Position numbers and translations under genes: made by a program | Source: Octopus sinensis | Lineage: Eukaryota | Length of the DNA: 64,000 bases | NCBI RefSeq assembly: GCF_006345805.1 | Contig: NC_043019.1 | Coordinates: 15,251,360 to 15,315,359, forward strand | Reading direction: 5' to 3' | Shown: one piece after another, positions 38,158-51,457 of the stretch | How positions within the stretch are numbered: the stretch's first letter is position 1 | Layout of the letters: the number at the start of each line of letters is the position of its first letter | Notes under the pieces: generated by a model | Told to the model about the DNA's origin: nothing | The model's database searches: none | What the model saw: only the letters and a program-made list of their open reading frames with translations

Positions 38158-38569
38158 GATATAAATATATATATATATTCAACGGAAACAGATAACAAAG
38201 CCAAGGCTGTGAGATGCTTTCAGAACATTTATGTATGTGTGTGTGTGTGTGTGTTTGTACCCCCTGCTTGACAATTGTAACTTAGCTTTTTCTTGTACCA
38301 TCAGCACTTGTGAAATGACCGTGGAACTTACAAGACTTAAAGATGCTTCTTCAACTGAGAGTTTGTGACAGAGAGTAAAGTAGCCTTTTGGCAGATGTCG
38401 AGTGGTTAAAGTGTGAAAGAAGGGACAGGAACAGGTTTCTGCTGTAAAGGTGATGAGTGGCTACCTTTGCATTATAAAAGGGTGAATGAGAGCAATTGTG
38501 GTGGAGTTGGAAAGAGAAAAAATGCTAGTTGCCAGAGTGTGACCTCAAGCTGCAAAAAGATGTATATAT

Positions 38570-39210
38570 ATACAGGGGGTTTCAGTTTTTTGAGGACACC
38601 TCTTTCAAGAACTCTAACTTTCTTCTAACGTTTTGTTTCAACTTTATTTTTCAGATAAATAATATAAGACATCAGGTTGACTCAGCAAATAAAAAGGTCT
38701 TCTGTTGTCGTTGCCTTAAAGGTGCAGCATAGTGACACAGAGATAGCTCGCTTCCTGAAAGTTGTCTGCTCCTTCATAATCAAACTTCAAAAGGAGCTGG
38801 AATCCATTGACAGGGATCCAACATCAGCATGTAAATGCAAAATACATGCACAGAGTCCTAATACCATCTGAACACATAACCTTGTACAAAAAAAGTCCAA
38901 GAAATAATTGATAAAAACCCCAGAAAGCGAATCAGAGCCATTTCAAAGGACTTTGAGATTTCAGAATGCACCATGAGAAGAGCTGTGCATGAGGACATCT
39001 GGTACAAGTTGTTTGTGATACAAAGGGCTCAGTTCATGTTGAATGTGACAAGAGAGAACTGCTTGATCAGTGCAAAGCGTTTGCTAAACAAGTTAAAATA
39101 CCAAGAAGCCGGAGTACCTTTTGGTGTTTTAGAAAAACTTCAATCAGGACCAGAAGGTAAAGTGAAGGTATATCAAATGGTTATGCAGATATCTGATACC
39201 TGAATGAGGC
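38570..39210 (+). pseudogene. Tc1/mariner transposase N-terminal fragment
   Basis: Starts TACAGGGGG. Frames give HSDTEIARFLKV (HTH) and MRRAVHEDIWYK...AKRLLNKLK, followed by a frameshifted EKNFNQD-like first catalytic region. Confidence 0.75.
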
Positions 39211-39455
39211 TCCGATGTGTGTGTGTGTGTGTGGTTGTGTGTCTGTGTTTGTCACCCCACCATCACTTTATCTCTAATATAATATATATATAAATGTAAA
39301 TATATATATCAATATACATATATATATATATATATACACACACACATATATATATGTAAATATATATATATATATCTATTTTATCTATATTATGTATGTA
39401 TATATTAATATATATATATATATAATATATAATATATATATATATATATATACAT

Positions 39456-39495
<40 letters not shown>

Positions 39496-40220
39496 CATAT
39501 ATATATATATATAATATATATATACCTATATAATTTATATACACATATATACATATACATATATATATATATACATCAATATAGATATAGCATAGCAAGC
39601 GGACATTAAACGATGATGATGATGATGATGACATATATGTAAAGATACACGGATAGCTATAACACACATGCACACACACAAACACACGCATAGCACACAT
39701 GCACAGTCACACACAGTCACACACTCACACAGAAACACGGAACAGCATCACCCAAAAAAAAAGAGCGCAGATAAAACCAAGAACATGGCACCGTTTCATT
39801 CTTCATTAACTATGACTTTGTTCCACAGTTGAAAAGATTCACTCGCCTAAAAAGACACATCTCATCATCTTCCTCTTCCTCCTTGCCCCCCCCCCCTTTA
39901 CCACCCCTCACTTCACATCTGGTTCTTTCTTTCCCTCTTCCATTTCGTCAATATTGATTTTATCAGCTGGTAATTGATTTTGCACATTGCAAAGATTAAC
40001 AATATAACTCCTATTTCAGCATGTAACCAATGCCTTTGCTTTTCTTTTATTCTTTCCTTCTTTCTTTCTTTCTTTCTCTTTTTTTCACCAGCACATGCTT
40101 TTGTCTAAGAATTGATCTGGAGACTCAGCACTGCCACGCATCACCGTTTATCAATCGACAACACCAACAACAACAACGACGACAACAAAGTCTACTCCAA
40201 AACATAGATCCATGCACACA

Positions 40221-40259
<39 letters not shown>

Positions 40260-41354
40260 AACACACAAACCACTAGTGTAACTGGTGGGGGGAAGCGGTA
40301 GGGAGAGTCCACCCCTGGCAGCACTCTTAAAGGGGCGGAATTTTGGGGTCTGCCTGCTCTAGGCAATATGTGTTTTTTGTGGGGTCTGGAGTGCGGCAAA
40401 CAGAAGGGCTGCTCCTGGTGGCACACACTCTAGCTACGTTAGTGACACACACGCACACACACATACATACATACACACATACACACGGATTCACACTCAA
40501 CTGGCACTTCATCACTTACCACGACAAATGTTCCAGTTGATCCGATCAACAGAACGGCCTACACATGAAATTTAACCTGCTACCAAGACTTCACATAAGT
40601 AAAAGAGAGAGACAGAGACAGACAGAAAAAAGGAAAATGTCCCTTAAAAAACGTTTCATTTAATTTTTCCACAATTAATTTTTCATGCTTTACTCTAAGT
40701 TGAAAAAGTTGCAAAGACTGAAACTGGTACTAAAATATTCTTCGTGATAAAATTATTTGGCATTTTCTACCTTGTCTTCTTTCCTTATATACATACACAC
40801 ACACACACAAATATATATATATATATATATATGTATACGACGGGCTTCTTTCAGTTTCTGTCTACCAAATCCACTCACAAAGCTTTCGTCAGCCCAAGGC
40901 TATAGTGGAAGACACTTGCCCAAGGTACCACACAGTGGGACTGAACCCGGAACCATGTGGTTGGTAAGCAAGCTACTTACCACAAAGCCATTCCTGCATA
41001 TATTATATATATGTGTGTGTGTATATATATATATACATATATATATATATGTGTGTGTGTGTGATATGTATATGTATGTGTTGTAAAATATTTAATGGGG
41101 GCAACAGCTTTCTAATAAGGAACCAATCATTTAATAAAGACACAGTTCTTTTATCGAAGGTATAATTTTGTAATAAGATTCTATTGTTTGTTAATACAGT
41201 GGTCAAATCGCATGACCTCTTGTTGTTGACCTTCTACCAAGAAACAATGACCGACAGTAAAAGCCAATAAACGAAACAGTTCAAAAATGGCAAAACTTCT
41301 GACAGAATTTTGGATTTATCTGAGAAAGGCTGTTAATGATTGGATACTGCCAAT

Positions 41355-42305
41355 GGTAGCACTGATGGTGGTGGTGATGATGGTGGTGGTGGTGGTGGTG
41401 GTGGTGGTGGAGGTGGTGGTGGTGGTCGGTGTGGTGGAGGTGGTGGTGTGGTGGTGGTGGAGGTGGTGGTGGTGGTGTGGTGGTGGTGGAGGGGTGGTGG
41501 GGGTGGTGGAGGTGGTGGTGGTGGTGTGGAGGTGGTGGTGGTTGGTGGTGGAAGGGTGGGGTGGTGGTGGGTGGATCGGTGGGGGAGGTGGTGGTGGTGG
41601 TTGGTGGTGGTGGAGGTGGTGGTGGTGGTGGTGGTGGTGGTGGTGGTGGTGGTGGAGGTGGTGGTGGTGGTGGTGGTGGAGGTGGTGGTGGTGGTGGTGG
41701 AGGTGGTGGTGGGTGGTGGTGGAGGTGGTGGTGGAGGTGGTGGTGGTGGTGGAGGTGGTGGTGGTGGTGGAGGTGGTGGTGGTGGTGGAGGTGGTGGTGG
41801 TGGTGGCTGGTGTTGGCGTATGTGGCGTGGTTGATGTGGTGGTTGTGGTGGCTGCAGTATTGTTGTTGGATGGTGTGAATGGTGGCTGTGGAGGTGTTGA
41901 TGGTGGTGGTGGTGGTGGTTGGTGATAGTAGTGGTCGCAGAGGTAATGGTGGAGGTGGTGGTGGTGATGGTGGTGGTGGTGGTAGTGGCGATGGTATTGG
42001 CAATAGTGGTGGTGGTGTGGTGGTGGTGGTGGTGGTAGTGGTAGTGGTGATGGTGGTAGCAGATGCTGTGAATGGTGGCTGTAGTGGTGTTGATGGTGGT
42101 GGCGGTAGTGGTAGTAGTAGTAGTAGTAGTAGTGGCAATGGTATTGGCAGTGGTAGTGGACTGTGATGATGTTGGTGATGGTGATGGAGGTGGCGGCAAT
42201 GGCAGCGGTGGAGGTGGCAACAGCATGGTGGTGGTGGTGTTGTTGTTGTTGTTGCTGGTGGTGGTGGTGGTGGTGGTGGTTGTGGTGGCAGTGTGGTGGT
42301 GGTGA
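41355..42305. repeat. ~1-kb (GGT)n-based G-rich tract
   Basis: Direct reading; the source of the poly-P/H/T/V/G/W ORFs. Confidence 0.95.
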
Positions 42306-42689
42306 TGTGTCTAAGAATTAAAGATTGGTTAAATTCAGAAGATGTTTCCAGAAAACATCATGTCTTCTCGACTGTTTGTGTTTTTGGTTTTTTGTTTTTG
42401 TCCCTGTGGAAGGGTGGAGACTGATATATTAGAATGATGTGATTGGAATTGGTGATAAGATCTGTGGGGGGGGGGGAGGGGGCAGGGGGTAGCGTATGAA
42501 CGGGTGTGGAACTCAATGTAGAATTTAGGAAATGGTGGAGGTGGTGGAGGTGATGGTGGGGAGGAGGTTCATTACCCATTTGATTTGTCATGGGTGCAAT
42601 GATGGAGGGGCAGGTTTAGTGTGAAGGGATGACACAAGTGGTAGTAATGGTGGTGGTGGTGGTGGTAGTAGTAGCAGCAGCAGCAGCAT

Positions 42690-42732
<43 letters not shown>

Positions 42733-43744
42733 GGTGGTGGTGGTGGTGCCAGTATTATGTATTCTTGGTAGTAGCAATAGTTAAATATAACGGTATGTGA
42801 TGTTAATGGTGGTGGTGGTGGTGTGGTGACGATGATGGTGAGGTATATATATATATATAATATATATATATATATACATACATATATATATATATATCAG
42901 TGATTCTTGTAGTCGTAGCAGTGGTGGTGGCAGTGATTGTGATGACACACACACACCTCTATATTTTGGATTTGGCATTTGGAGAGAAGATAATCATACC
43001 AGAAGCCTCTTGTTACTATTGTTGCTGTTGTTGTATACCTCATATCAACCCAGCTTTAGAAATCCTGCTAGTGAATTAAGATAATCCAGTTATGACCATC
43101 CTGTCTCTTTTTAGGAAGTATATTTTGGGGGTGTTTGTCTCCCCTTCGTAAATGTATATAAGGACACAGGAAAAATGTGTCGAAGCCATCAGAAAGCGTT
43201 GATGCTTCCTAGGGCTAAACAGCGGTGGTGTAACCCCCTACTGTCACGTTCACGTTAGATTGACAGTATACAACCATTCTATTTTTGATAATTTTCTCTA
43301 ATATATCCATCCTACTCCTTTCGGTTTTTTTAAAGACTATGTGTATGATTTGAGAGTGAGATATTTGACTGCTATTTCTAGTGAGTCTACTGCAGCAGAA
43401 AACATTTCCTCCAGTGGTGCTGCACAGTGGAACTGAACCTGAAACCACATGGTTGTAAAGCAAGCTTCTCAACCATACATCCAACCCTGTGCTTCTACAT
43501 TGATTGATATAGATCGTCAGACCTAATTATGTTACAGTCTGCTGGGAACTCAGCATAAAGACAAGTTACATTCTTGAATCATACTGACTCATAGGGGCCA
43601 GTTTCCCTGGTTTCATGATTTATAAATTCCCCTCCTGGACAGGATTGCTCATACATGCCAGCTGAGTGGCCTGGAGCAACGTGAAATGAAGTGTTTTGCT
43701 CAAGAACACAATGTGTCACTCAGTCCGGGAATCAAAACCACAAT

Positions 43745-44470
43745 CTTACGATCATCAGTCCAACACCCTAACCACTAAGCCACGTGCCTCCACATCCACT
43801 TTAAATGATTCACACTTTTTATAGAGATGTCTTCATTCATAGGCATCACATGTCCAAACCAATGTAGTCTTCTCTTTTGCATGTTGCATCTGATTCCTCT
43901 TATGCCCAACTGTTCTCTCACCAATCTTACAATCATGAGTCCAACACCCTAACCACTAAGCCATGGGCCTCCACGTCCACTTTAAATAACTGACACTTCT
44001 TTACAGAGATGTCTTCAGTCATACACTTCACATGTCCAAACCAATATAGACTTCTCTCTTGCATGTTGCATCTGATTCCTCTCATGCCCAACTCCTCTCT
44101 CACCAATTTTGCAATCATCAGTCCAACACCCTAACCACTAAGCCACGTGCCTCCACATCCACTTTAAATGATTCACACTTCTTTACGGAGATGCCTTTAT
44201 TCATAGGCATCACATGTCCAAACCAATGTAGTCTTCTCTTTTGCATGTTGCATCTGATTCCTCTTATGCCCAACTGTTCTCTCACCAATCTTACAATCAT
44301 GAGTCCAACACCCTAACCACTAAGCCACGGGCCTCCACATCCACTTTAAATGATTCACACTTCTTTATAGAGATCTCTTCATTCATAGGCACCATCATAT
44401 GTCCAAACCATTGTAGTCTTCTCTCTTGCATGTTGCATCTGATTCCTCTTATGCTCAACTTTTCTCTTAC
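43745..44470 (-). repeat. Tandem quadruplication (~182 bp) of a SINE-head/RTE-LINE junction
   Basis: caatcatgagtccaacaccctaaccactaagcc recurs at ~43750, 43931, 44113 and 44296. The unit translates ERRLHWFGHVM.MNE..SVKKC. Confidence 0.9.
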
Positions 44471-45683
44471 ACTCACAGTGACACACTGTGGTAAGGCTGG
44501 CCCCTTTGAAGTACCAGTACAGCTCATTTTTACTAGCTGAGTGGACTGGAGCAACGTGAAATAAAGTGACTTGCTCAAGGACATAACGCACTACTGAGAA
44601 TTGAACTCAAAACCATATGACTGTGAGCCGAATACCCTGACCACTAAGCCATGTGCCTTCCCCAACTGAAATCTTATATAAACCTCGTTCACTGCAGTCA
44701 GCTGAAAGTATTTGGCCCGGTGCCTAGGGGCTACAGAAACTATTTTGGGTGGGAGATTCACACACTTTATTTAATTATAAAATAAAGACTAATGTCATTT
44801 TTCTTTTATTTTATTTTTCCTGTTTTTTTGGGGTTTTTTTTTTCTAATTCCATTCTTTGGATTATTCATCAACAAATTTTGTTTTCTGCAAGAAAAATTC
44901 AGACATGTTGTTCCACTTTTTTCCTTTTTTTAAAATATCTTTAATTTCTTCAAATGTTAATGATTTTAATTTAGCTTATTTTCTTTTTGGTACACATTTA
45001 TATATAACGATGTATGTGAGTGTGTGTGTGTTTGTGTGTTTATTTTTTATTTCTCTTAATGTTACTTTTGGTTTCTGTTTTTTTTTGGTGTTTATTTTTA
45101 TTTTTATTTATATCTTTGTTTTGATAATTCTTTAATTCTGATGATGTTAAGATTTTGACAAGAAATAATCTTTTCCTTCTATTTTTTCCTTTTGTATTCT
45201 CTTCTTCTTCCTTTTCTTCTTCTATTTCTTCTTCTTCTTCTTCTTCTTCTTCTTCTTCTTCTTCTTCTTCTTCTTCTTCTTGATCCTTCCTCTCTTCCCT
45301 AATAGGTATCCTTCTTTTCTCTTCTTCTTCTTCTCTATTCTTATTCTTCCTCTTCTCCTCCCTCCAATCTTCTTCTATAACTTCTTCCTCCTCCTCCTCC
45401 TCTCCATTTTCTTATTCCCCTCCACCTCCTCTCCCATCTTCTCCCCTCTCCCTCCTCCTCCTGCTCCTCCTCCTCATCTTCTTCTTCCCTTCCTCCTCTA
45501 CATCGTCTTCTTCCCCTCCTCCTTCTCCCTCTTCTTCTTCTTCTTCTTCTTCTTCTTTCTTCTTCTTCCCCCTCTCCCCTTCTTCCCCTCCTCCTCCTCT
45601 TCTCTGAATTTGGATTAAAAAATATCTTCTTATTTTCATGCAATTTTTTTTTAATTCACCTTTTTTTCTGCAAAAAAATTAAT

Positions 45684-45717
<34 letters not shown>

Positions 45718-46141
45718 CAAATCTCTCTCATCCCAGACTCCTAAATTAACAATATGTTATTAATTGTTCAACTGCATCAAATTAACAGCAAGCTAGAATT
45801 AAAATTAAAAATCTTCAGGATGTAATTTTTCTTTTATTCCTGTCCCCCACATTTTTTTTATATGATATACATATTTTTTTTTTATTAATTTTATATATTT
45901 TTTAAATATTTATTTTAATGTTTTTCTTTTCTTCCTGCAATTTGTCAGAAGGATTAGAGAGTATTTTTAAGCATTTATTGATCTTGACTAAAGTTACCGG
46001 GGTGGGGGTGGGAGGCAAATGGGGAACGAGGATATTTTTGTTTTCATGGAAATTGATTTAACCATTGAGTTAACCCTGATAAATTACTGGTATGTATCAT
46101 TGTATCTGGTGTTGCTGATTGTGGTGTTAATGCTGGTGGTA

Positions 46142-46194
<53 letters not shown>

Positions 46195-46497
46195 GGGATG
46201 ATGATGGTGATGATGATGATGGTGGTGGTGGTGGTGATGAGGATGGTGGTAATTTTGATGATGGTGATGATGATGATGATGGTGGTGGTGATGGTGGTAG
46301 TAGTGGTGGTGGTGGTGTTGCTGGTTGTGGTGATGGTGCTGGTGGTAATGAGGATAATGATGATTATGATGATGATGATGATGATGACAACAACAACAAT
46401 AATGATGGTGGTGGTGGTGGTGGTAAGGTGGTGGTAATGATGATGACGATGGTGGTAGTGGTAGTGGTGGTAATAATGATGATGATGATGATGATAT

Positions 46498-46531
<34 letters not shown>

Positions 46532-46574
46532 AGTGGTGGTGGTGATGCAGTGGAGATTAAGTTAAAAAGGAAAG

Positions 46575-47045
46575 TCATTGGTGCATTTCATGCAGGAAGC
46601 AAAAGATTACTGGTGCACTTTGTATAGAAAAATAGGATGAAATTAATACTGCACTTTGGGGTGGAACACACAAAAATTCTGGAGCAGAACATAGAAAAAT
46701 ATTGCTGCACTTTGTGGAAACTAAAAAAAAATTATTTATCCATTTGAGTGGAAAACAAAAAAAAAACAACTGATGCACTTTGTGTGAAAAAAAAAAGTTT
46801 TTTAAAATATTATTGTTGCACTTTGCAGCAAACAGAAAAACGTTGATGCACTTTGTATGGAAAAGAGTAAAATCTTGATGCATTTTGCACAGTAAATAGA
46901 AAAATAGTGGTGCATTTTGTTGAAAGCAAAAGAAAATTGTAGATGCACTCGTGAGGGAAACAAAAAATAACTGTTTTGCTTTGCATGGAAAATAGAAACA
47001 ATTTTGGTGCATTTTTGCATGAAAATTAGAAAAATTACTGGTCAG
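46575..47045. repeat. Degenerate ~32-bp array with conserved core TGRTGCAYTTTG
   Basis: Cores at ~46579, 46611, 46647, 46703, 46771, 46814, 46844, 46876, 46908, 46941 and 47005; weaker ones at 46680, 46737 and 46972. Confidence 0.8.
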
Positions 47046-47443
47046 GAGACCGCATAATATGTTATCACTTTTAGATTCTATAGCTTGATGCTCTTTCCTA
47101 TCATCAACTTATTTTACAGAGTGCTCTGGGTGTGTTTTATCATGGCACCAACACTAGGAGGATCGTCGTGTCCTTGACAAGACAAGACAAGATTAAAGGC
47201 TTCTCTCTGCCATATACATTCTCAGCCTGTTTGCTATAAATGGGTTGGCTGTGTGTTGTCTGTGCATGCAGACAGATACATACATACACACACACACACA
47301 AAAGTATACAAATGTAAACATAATACAAACAAATTCTCATACAGAGATACAGAATAAAGTATTTGGCAGTTCCAAAAAACAGAATGCACAAATACATATA
47401 TATATATAATAATATATTATCTATATATATATATATATATAAT

Positions 47444-47475
<32 letters not shown>

Positions 47476-47653
47476 TATATATATTATATGATGTATATAC
47501 ATATATATGTGTATGTGTGTATATATATATACATATAATTTATATATATGTGCGTGTGGGTATGTATATATGTTATAACACACACATACACATATAAAAT
47601 TACGAGAATCAGTTTCAACAATGAGCAGTTTTCACGCTGGCAAATGCTGGAAG

Positions 47654-47744
<91 letters not shown>

Positions 47745-47800
47745 AAATAGGCTATTGAAACCAAATTTTGTTTGATAATGTAACTTTATAATCTTTGCAG

Positions 47801-47919
47801 CCAGGCCTCAACTTGACGGATGGAATTCTCTGCGAAAAATGAAGATTAGGCATGCTACTGAAATCAATCTGATGGAAACTGGAATATTAAAGATTCCATA
47901 CTCACCAGTTCTGTCATGA
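47801..47919 (+). CDS. Candidate terminal exon (phase 1: xRPQLDGWNSLRKMKIRHATEINLMETGILKIPYSPVLS*)
   Basis: Acceptor ataatctttgcag, followed by 39 codons open in AT-rich unique DNA. Confidence 0.3.
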
Positions 47920-48390
47920 AATAATTTCTGTTGAAAGCTGTCTACATTAATATCCCAATAATCTGAATAGGATGATTCTAGACTAAACTGGCTTTTAACT
48001 AGTTTTTGTAGTTCTTTAGCTTTCTATGCTCTCTCTTTTTTTTTTTTTGCCTTCTTCTTTGTTACTTTTTTCCAAATTCCATAACAAATGGAGACAGAAT
48101 AAAAAGAGTTTTGGAGTTTTGACTTAAATTTCAACGCAATTGACAAATTTGTAATTAATGGGTTTAAATTTAGTTACAAGGTCAACAATTTTGGCAGAGT
48201 GGAGTAAGTCGATGACCCCCCCACCCACCCACTTATCCCCATGCTCAGCTGGTACCTATTTTATGAATCCCAAAAGGATGAACGGCAAAGTCAATCTCAG
48301 TGGAACCTGAACTCAGAACAAATGATGGACATAATGCCACCAAGCACATTTCCTGGGTATGCTAACAATTCTGCTAGCTTACTGCCTTAG

Positions 48391-48605
48391 CCCTTTCATT
48401 ACCAACCCGACTGAACTCTGCCCCTGAGTACAAATGTCTTGTTTTCATAAGTTCTGAATTAAAATCTTCCACCAAACCTAAATCATAATTTATGTTCCTA
48501 ACACTAGCTGGATGATAACTAAGTTGCTTTATTAAACTTTTTGTTATATTTAAAGTATTTGAAAGAAACACAGAGCATCTCAAAATAAATACAGTAATGA
48601 AAGGG
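48391..48605. mobile_element. piggyBac-like MITE
   Basis: TIR CCCTTTCATTAC / GTAATGAAAGGG; flanks ttag (left) and TTAA (right). Confidence 0.75.
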
Positions 48606-48642
48606 TTAAAAAAAATACAGAATAGACAACACATCAGAAAGG

Positions 48643-48804
48643 GATAAGTGCAGAATCTGTGGATGAAATAGTGAAACTGTATGGCATATTACCAGCCAAT
48701 GTACGCCACTAGCCCAGAAGGAATATAAGAGACGCCACAACAATATAGCCAGGATTGTCCATTGGACACTTTGTAACAAGTATGGACTTGACAGAGCAAA
48801 AAAT
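48643..48804 (+). pseudogene. R4/Dong-type (RLE) non-LTR retrotransposon zinc-knuckle fragment
   Basis: DKCRICG*NSETVWHITSQCTPLAQKEYKRRHNNIARIVHWTLCNKY matches the CRxC..ET..HI...C..LA...YK.RH pattern. Confidence 0.8.
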
Positions 48805-50249
48805 AATGATACACCCCTCCCATGTGACAAGTGGTATGTGCTAGTCACTATAAATAAGGTGATATCAGTCAGTATAAGGAGAGAATACAAAATAGATGGT
48901 CACAGATAGTCGTAGTCTTGCATCTCTTACTAACTATGTTGCTATACCAGAGTAGTGTTATAACAATCTGACATAAAGGATTACAACTGTTAGTTAATTA
49001 ATTATCTAACCAACCAATATTTGATTATTTGTTTAGTGTACTGCTTAAGCAAACAACTGATTGTTGGTCAAAGTCCCTTCACCACTATTCATGATCTTCT
49101 CAGTGACTTGTCCTCTACCTTCAGGGTCTGCTCCGAGTCCATCTGAGAATTGGTCTCAATGCCTGCGTGTATGTATGCTTGTATGTGTGTATGCAGATGT
49201 GTGTTTGCTTAGAAGAGGAGGTAAGGGTGAGAGTAAATGAAGAGTCCGTGTGTGTGGTGTGTGTGTGTGTGTGTGTATGTGCGAGTGTGTGTGTGTTTTG
49301 TAATTAGATGTTTGGACTAGGATTTATTTATATCACATTATTTCGGTGAAGCATACTCCCGATCTTCTGAGCAATCCTTTGAACCAATCTATCTTTGACC
49401 CCCACCATCCACCACTACCACTACCACTACCACCACCACTACCACCTCCACCACCACCACCAACAACAACAACATCCACCACCACCACCACAACAACAAT
49501 AAAAAACAAAAAACACAAAACACAAAACCCAAATGACGTCAAAAAAGAATGATAAGCAAGGAATACTGGGATTAATTAACAAATTGGTTCCTTCGTTCTA
49601 AAAATGCTCTCATATCAGTTCAATCACTATTGATTAGTTTTGATTGGAAAAAGGGCTGAATAGATATTTTGTTTTTTCCTTCTCCTCACATTGGGCAGCA
49701 AAAATATAATTGGTTCAGAAGAAGGCACATTGAGGTCTAGCAACAAGGTAGACTGAGACAAGTCTATCTGTCTGTGTGTATGTGTGTGTGTGTACTAATC
49801 TACCATGAAGGCTTGTGGCTTAGTGGTTAGGGCATTTAGCTCACGACTGTAAGGTCATGGGTTCAATTCCTGGTGGTGTATTGTGCACTTGAGCATGACG
49901 TATTATTTCACATTGCTCCAGTTCACTCACCTGGCAAAAATAAATTGTACCTGTAATTCAATGGACCAGCTTTGTCATGTTCTGTGTCACGCTGGATCTC
50001 CCTGAGAACTATGTTAAAGGTACATGTGTCTGTGGAGCACTCAGCCACTCACATGTTAATTTCACAAACAAGCTGTTCCATTGATCGGATCAACTGGAAC
50101 CATTATTGTCATAGTTAACAGTGTGCCAGTTAATATGTATGTTATATATATATATATATATATATTGAAATGTGGAGTATATATATATATATATTGAAAT
50201 GTGGAGTATATATATATATATATATTGGAAGGTTTTTCTAATATATATT

Positions 50250-50306
<57 letters not shown>

Positions 50307-51010
50307 GCGTGTGTGTGAAGGCACGTGGCTTAGTGGTTAGGGTGTCAGCACCATGATCGTAAGATTGTGGTTTCGGTTCCTGGACCGGGCAACACATTGT
50401 GTTTTTGAGCAAAACACTTCATTTCACATTGCTCCAGTCCACTCAGCTGGCAAAAATGAGTAATACTGCAATGGACTGTCATCCCATCCAGCTGGGGAAC
50501 ACATACGCCATATAAACTGAGAAACCGGGCCCGTGAGCCTGACTAGGCTTTAAAAGGGCACATTTTATATATATATATATATATAGGCGCAGGAGTGGCT
50601 GTGTGGTAAGTAGCTTGCTAACCAACCACATGGTTCCGGGTTCAGTCCCACTGCGTGGAATCTTGGGCAAGTGTCTTCTGCTATAGCCCCGGGCCGACCA
50701 ATGCCTTGTGAGTGGATTTGGTAGACGGAAACTGAAAGAAGCCTGTCGTATATATGTATATATATGTGTGTGTGTTTGTGTGTCTGTGTTTGTCCCCCTA
50801 GCATTGCTTGACAACCAATGCTGGTGTGTTTACGTACCCGTCACTTAGCGGTTCGGCAAAAGAGACCGATAGAACAAGTACTGGGCTTACAAAGAATAAG
50901 CCCTGGGGTCGATTTGCTCGACTAAAGGCGGTGCTCCAGCATGGCCGCAGTCAAATGACTGAAACAAGTAAAAGAGTAAAGAGAGTATATATATCTACCA
51001 TATTGTTTAC

Positions 51011-51123
51011 ATCCATTTAAAAGAAGGAAAGAAAATGGAGATTAAGAAGTTAATAGTTGTTTATTATTAACAATTATTAACTTCCTTATCTATCTCCATT
51101 TTCTTTCCTTCTTTTAAATGGAT
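51011..51123. repeat. Inverted repeat with 32-bp perfect outer arms
   Basis: atccatttaaaagaaggaaagaaaatggagat is mirrored at 51092-51123; the inner arms gaagttaatagttgtt / aacaattattaacttc also pair. Confidence 0.9.
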
Positions 51124-51157
51124 ATTAAGCTATAAGCTATATCGTAATTTGAATTTA

Positions 51158-51457
51158 ACATATGATAGCGTCTCATAAAGCGAGATTACTATATATCTTA
51201 AATTTGCAGAAGAATTTGTGGTGTGGATAGTTCAGCTTAATTGGTTCAGAGCAGCACAACGAGTAATCACGGAGGTGTGAGTTTGAATCTCAAAGCCGGC
51301 AGGTAACACTTTTTTCTGCAAAGTAGGGGTAGCTTATCCTGTTCGGGCTATATTATTAGCACTATCCTGCATTTGAGAATTTAGAGTCACTTCTTTAAAC
51401 TTTCTAAGAAATCTCAACGCTTCTAAAGCAAACTTTGTTTGTTTGTTTACATTCATT
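51158..51457 (+). mobile_element. SINE-like insertion with a tRNA-like segment and a 14-bp flanking direct repeat
   Basis: gtaatttgaattta at 51144-51157 and 51458-51471; A-box-like TAGTTCAGCTTAATTGG, B-box-like GAGTTTGAATCTC, and a (TTTG)n tail. Confidence 0.5.

Noticed and set aside
46575-47045. CRISPR array
   Set aside because: The repeats are only ~12 nt and degenerate, the linkers are A-rich and compositionally alike, the context is eukaryotic, and there are no cas genes.
47906-47937. Minus-strand 32-nt exon (acag...CTG|gtgagt)
   Set aside because: It is not frame-preserving, has a weak pyrimidine tract, and overlaps the better plus-strand candidate; it is kept only as an alternative.
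51222-51301. Functional tRNA gene
   Set aside because: The A and B boxes are degenerate, no clean cloverleaf or acceptor stem is visible, and it lies in a TSD-flanked insertion.
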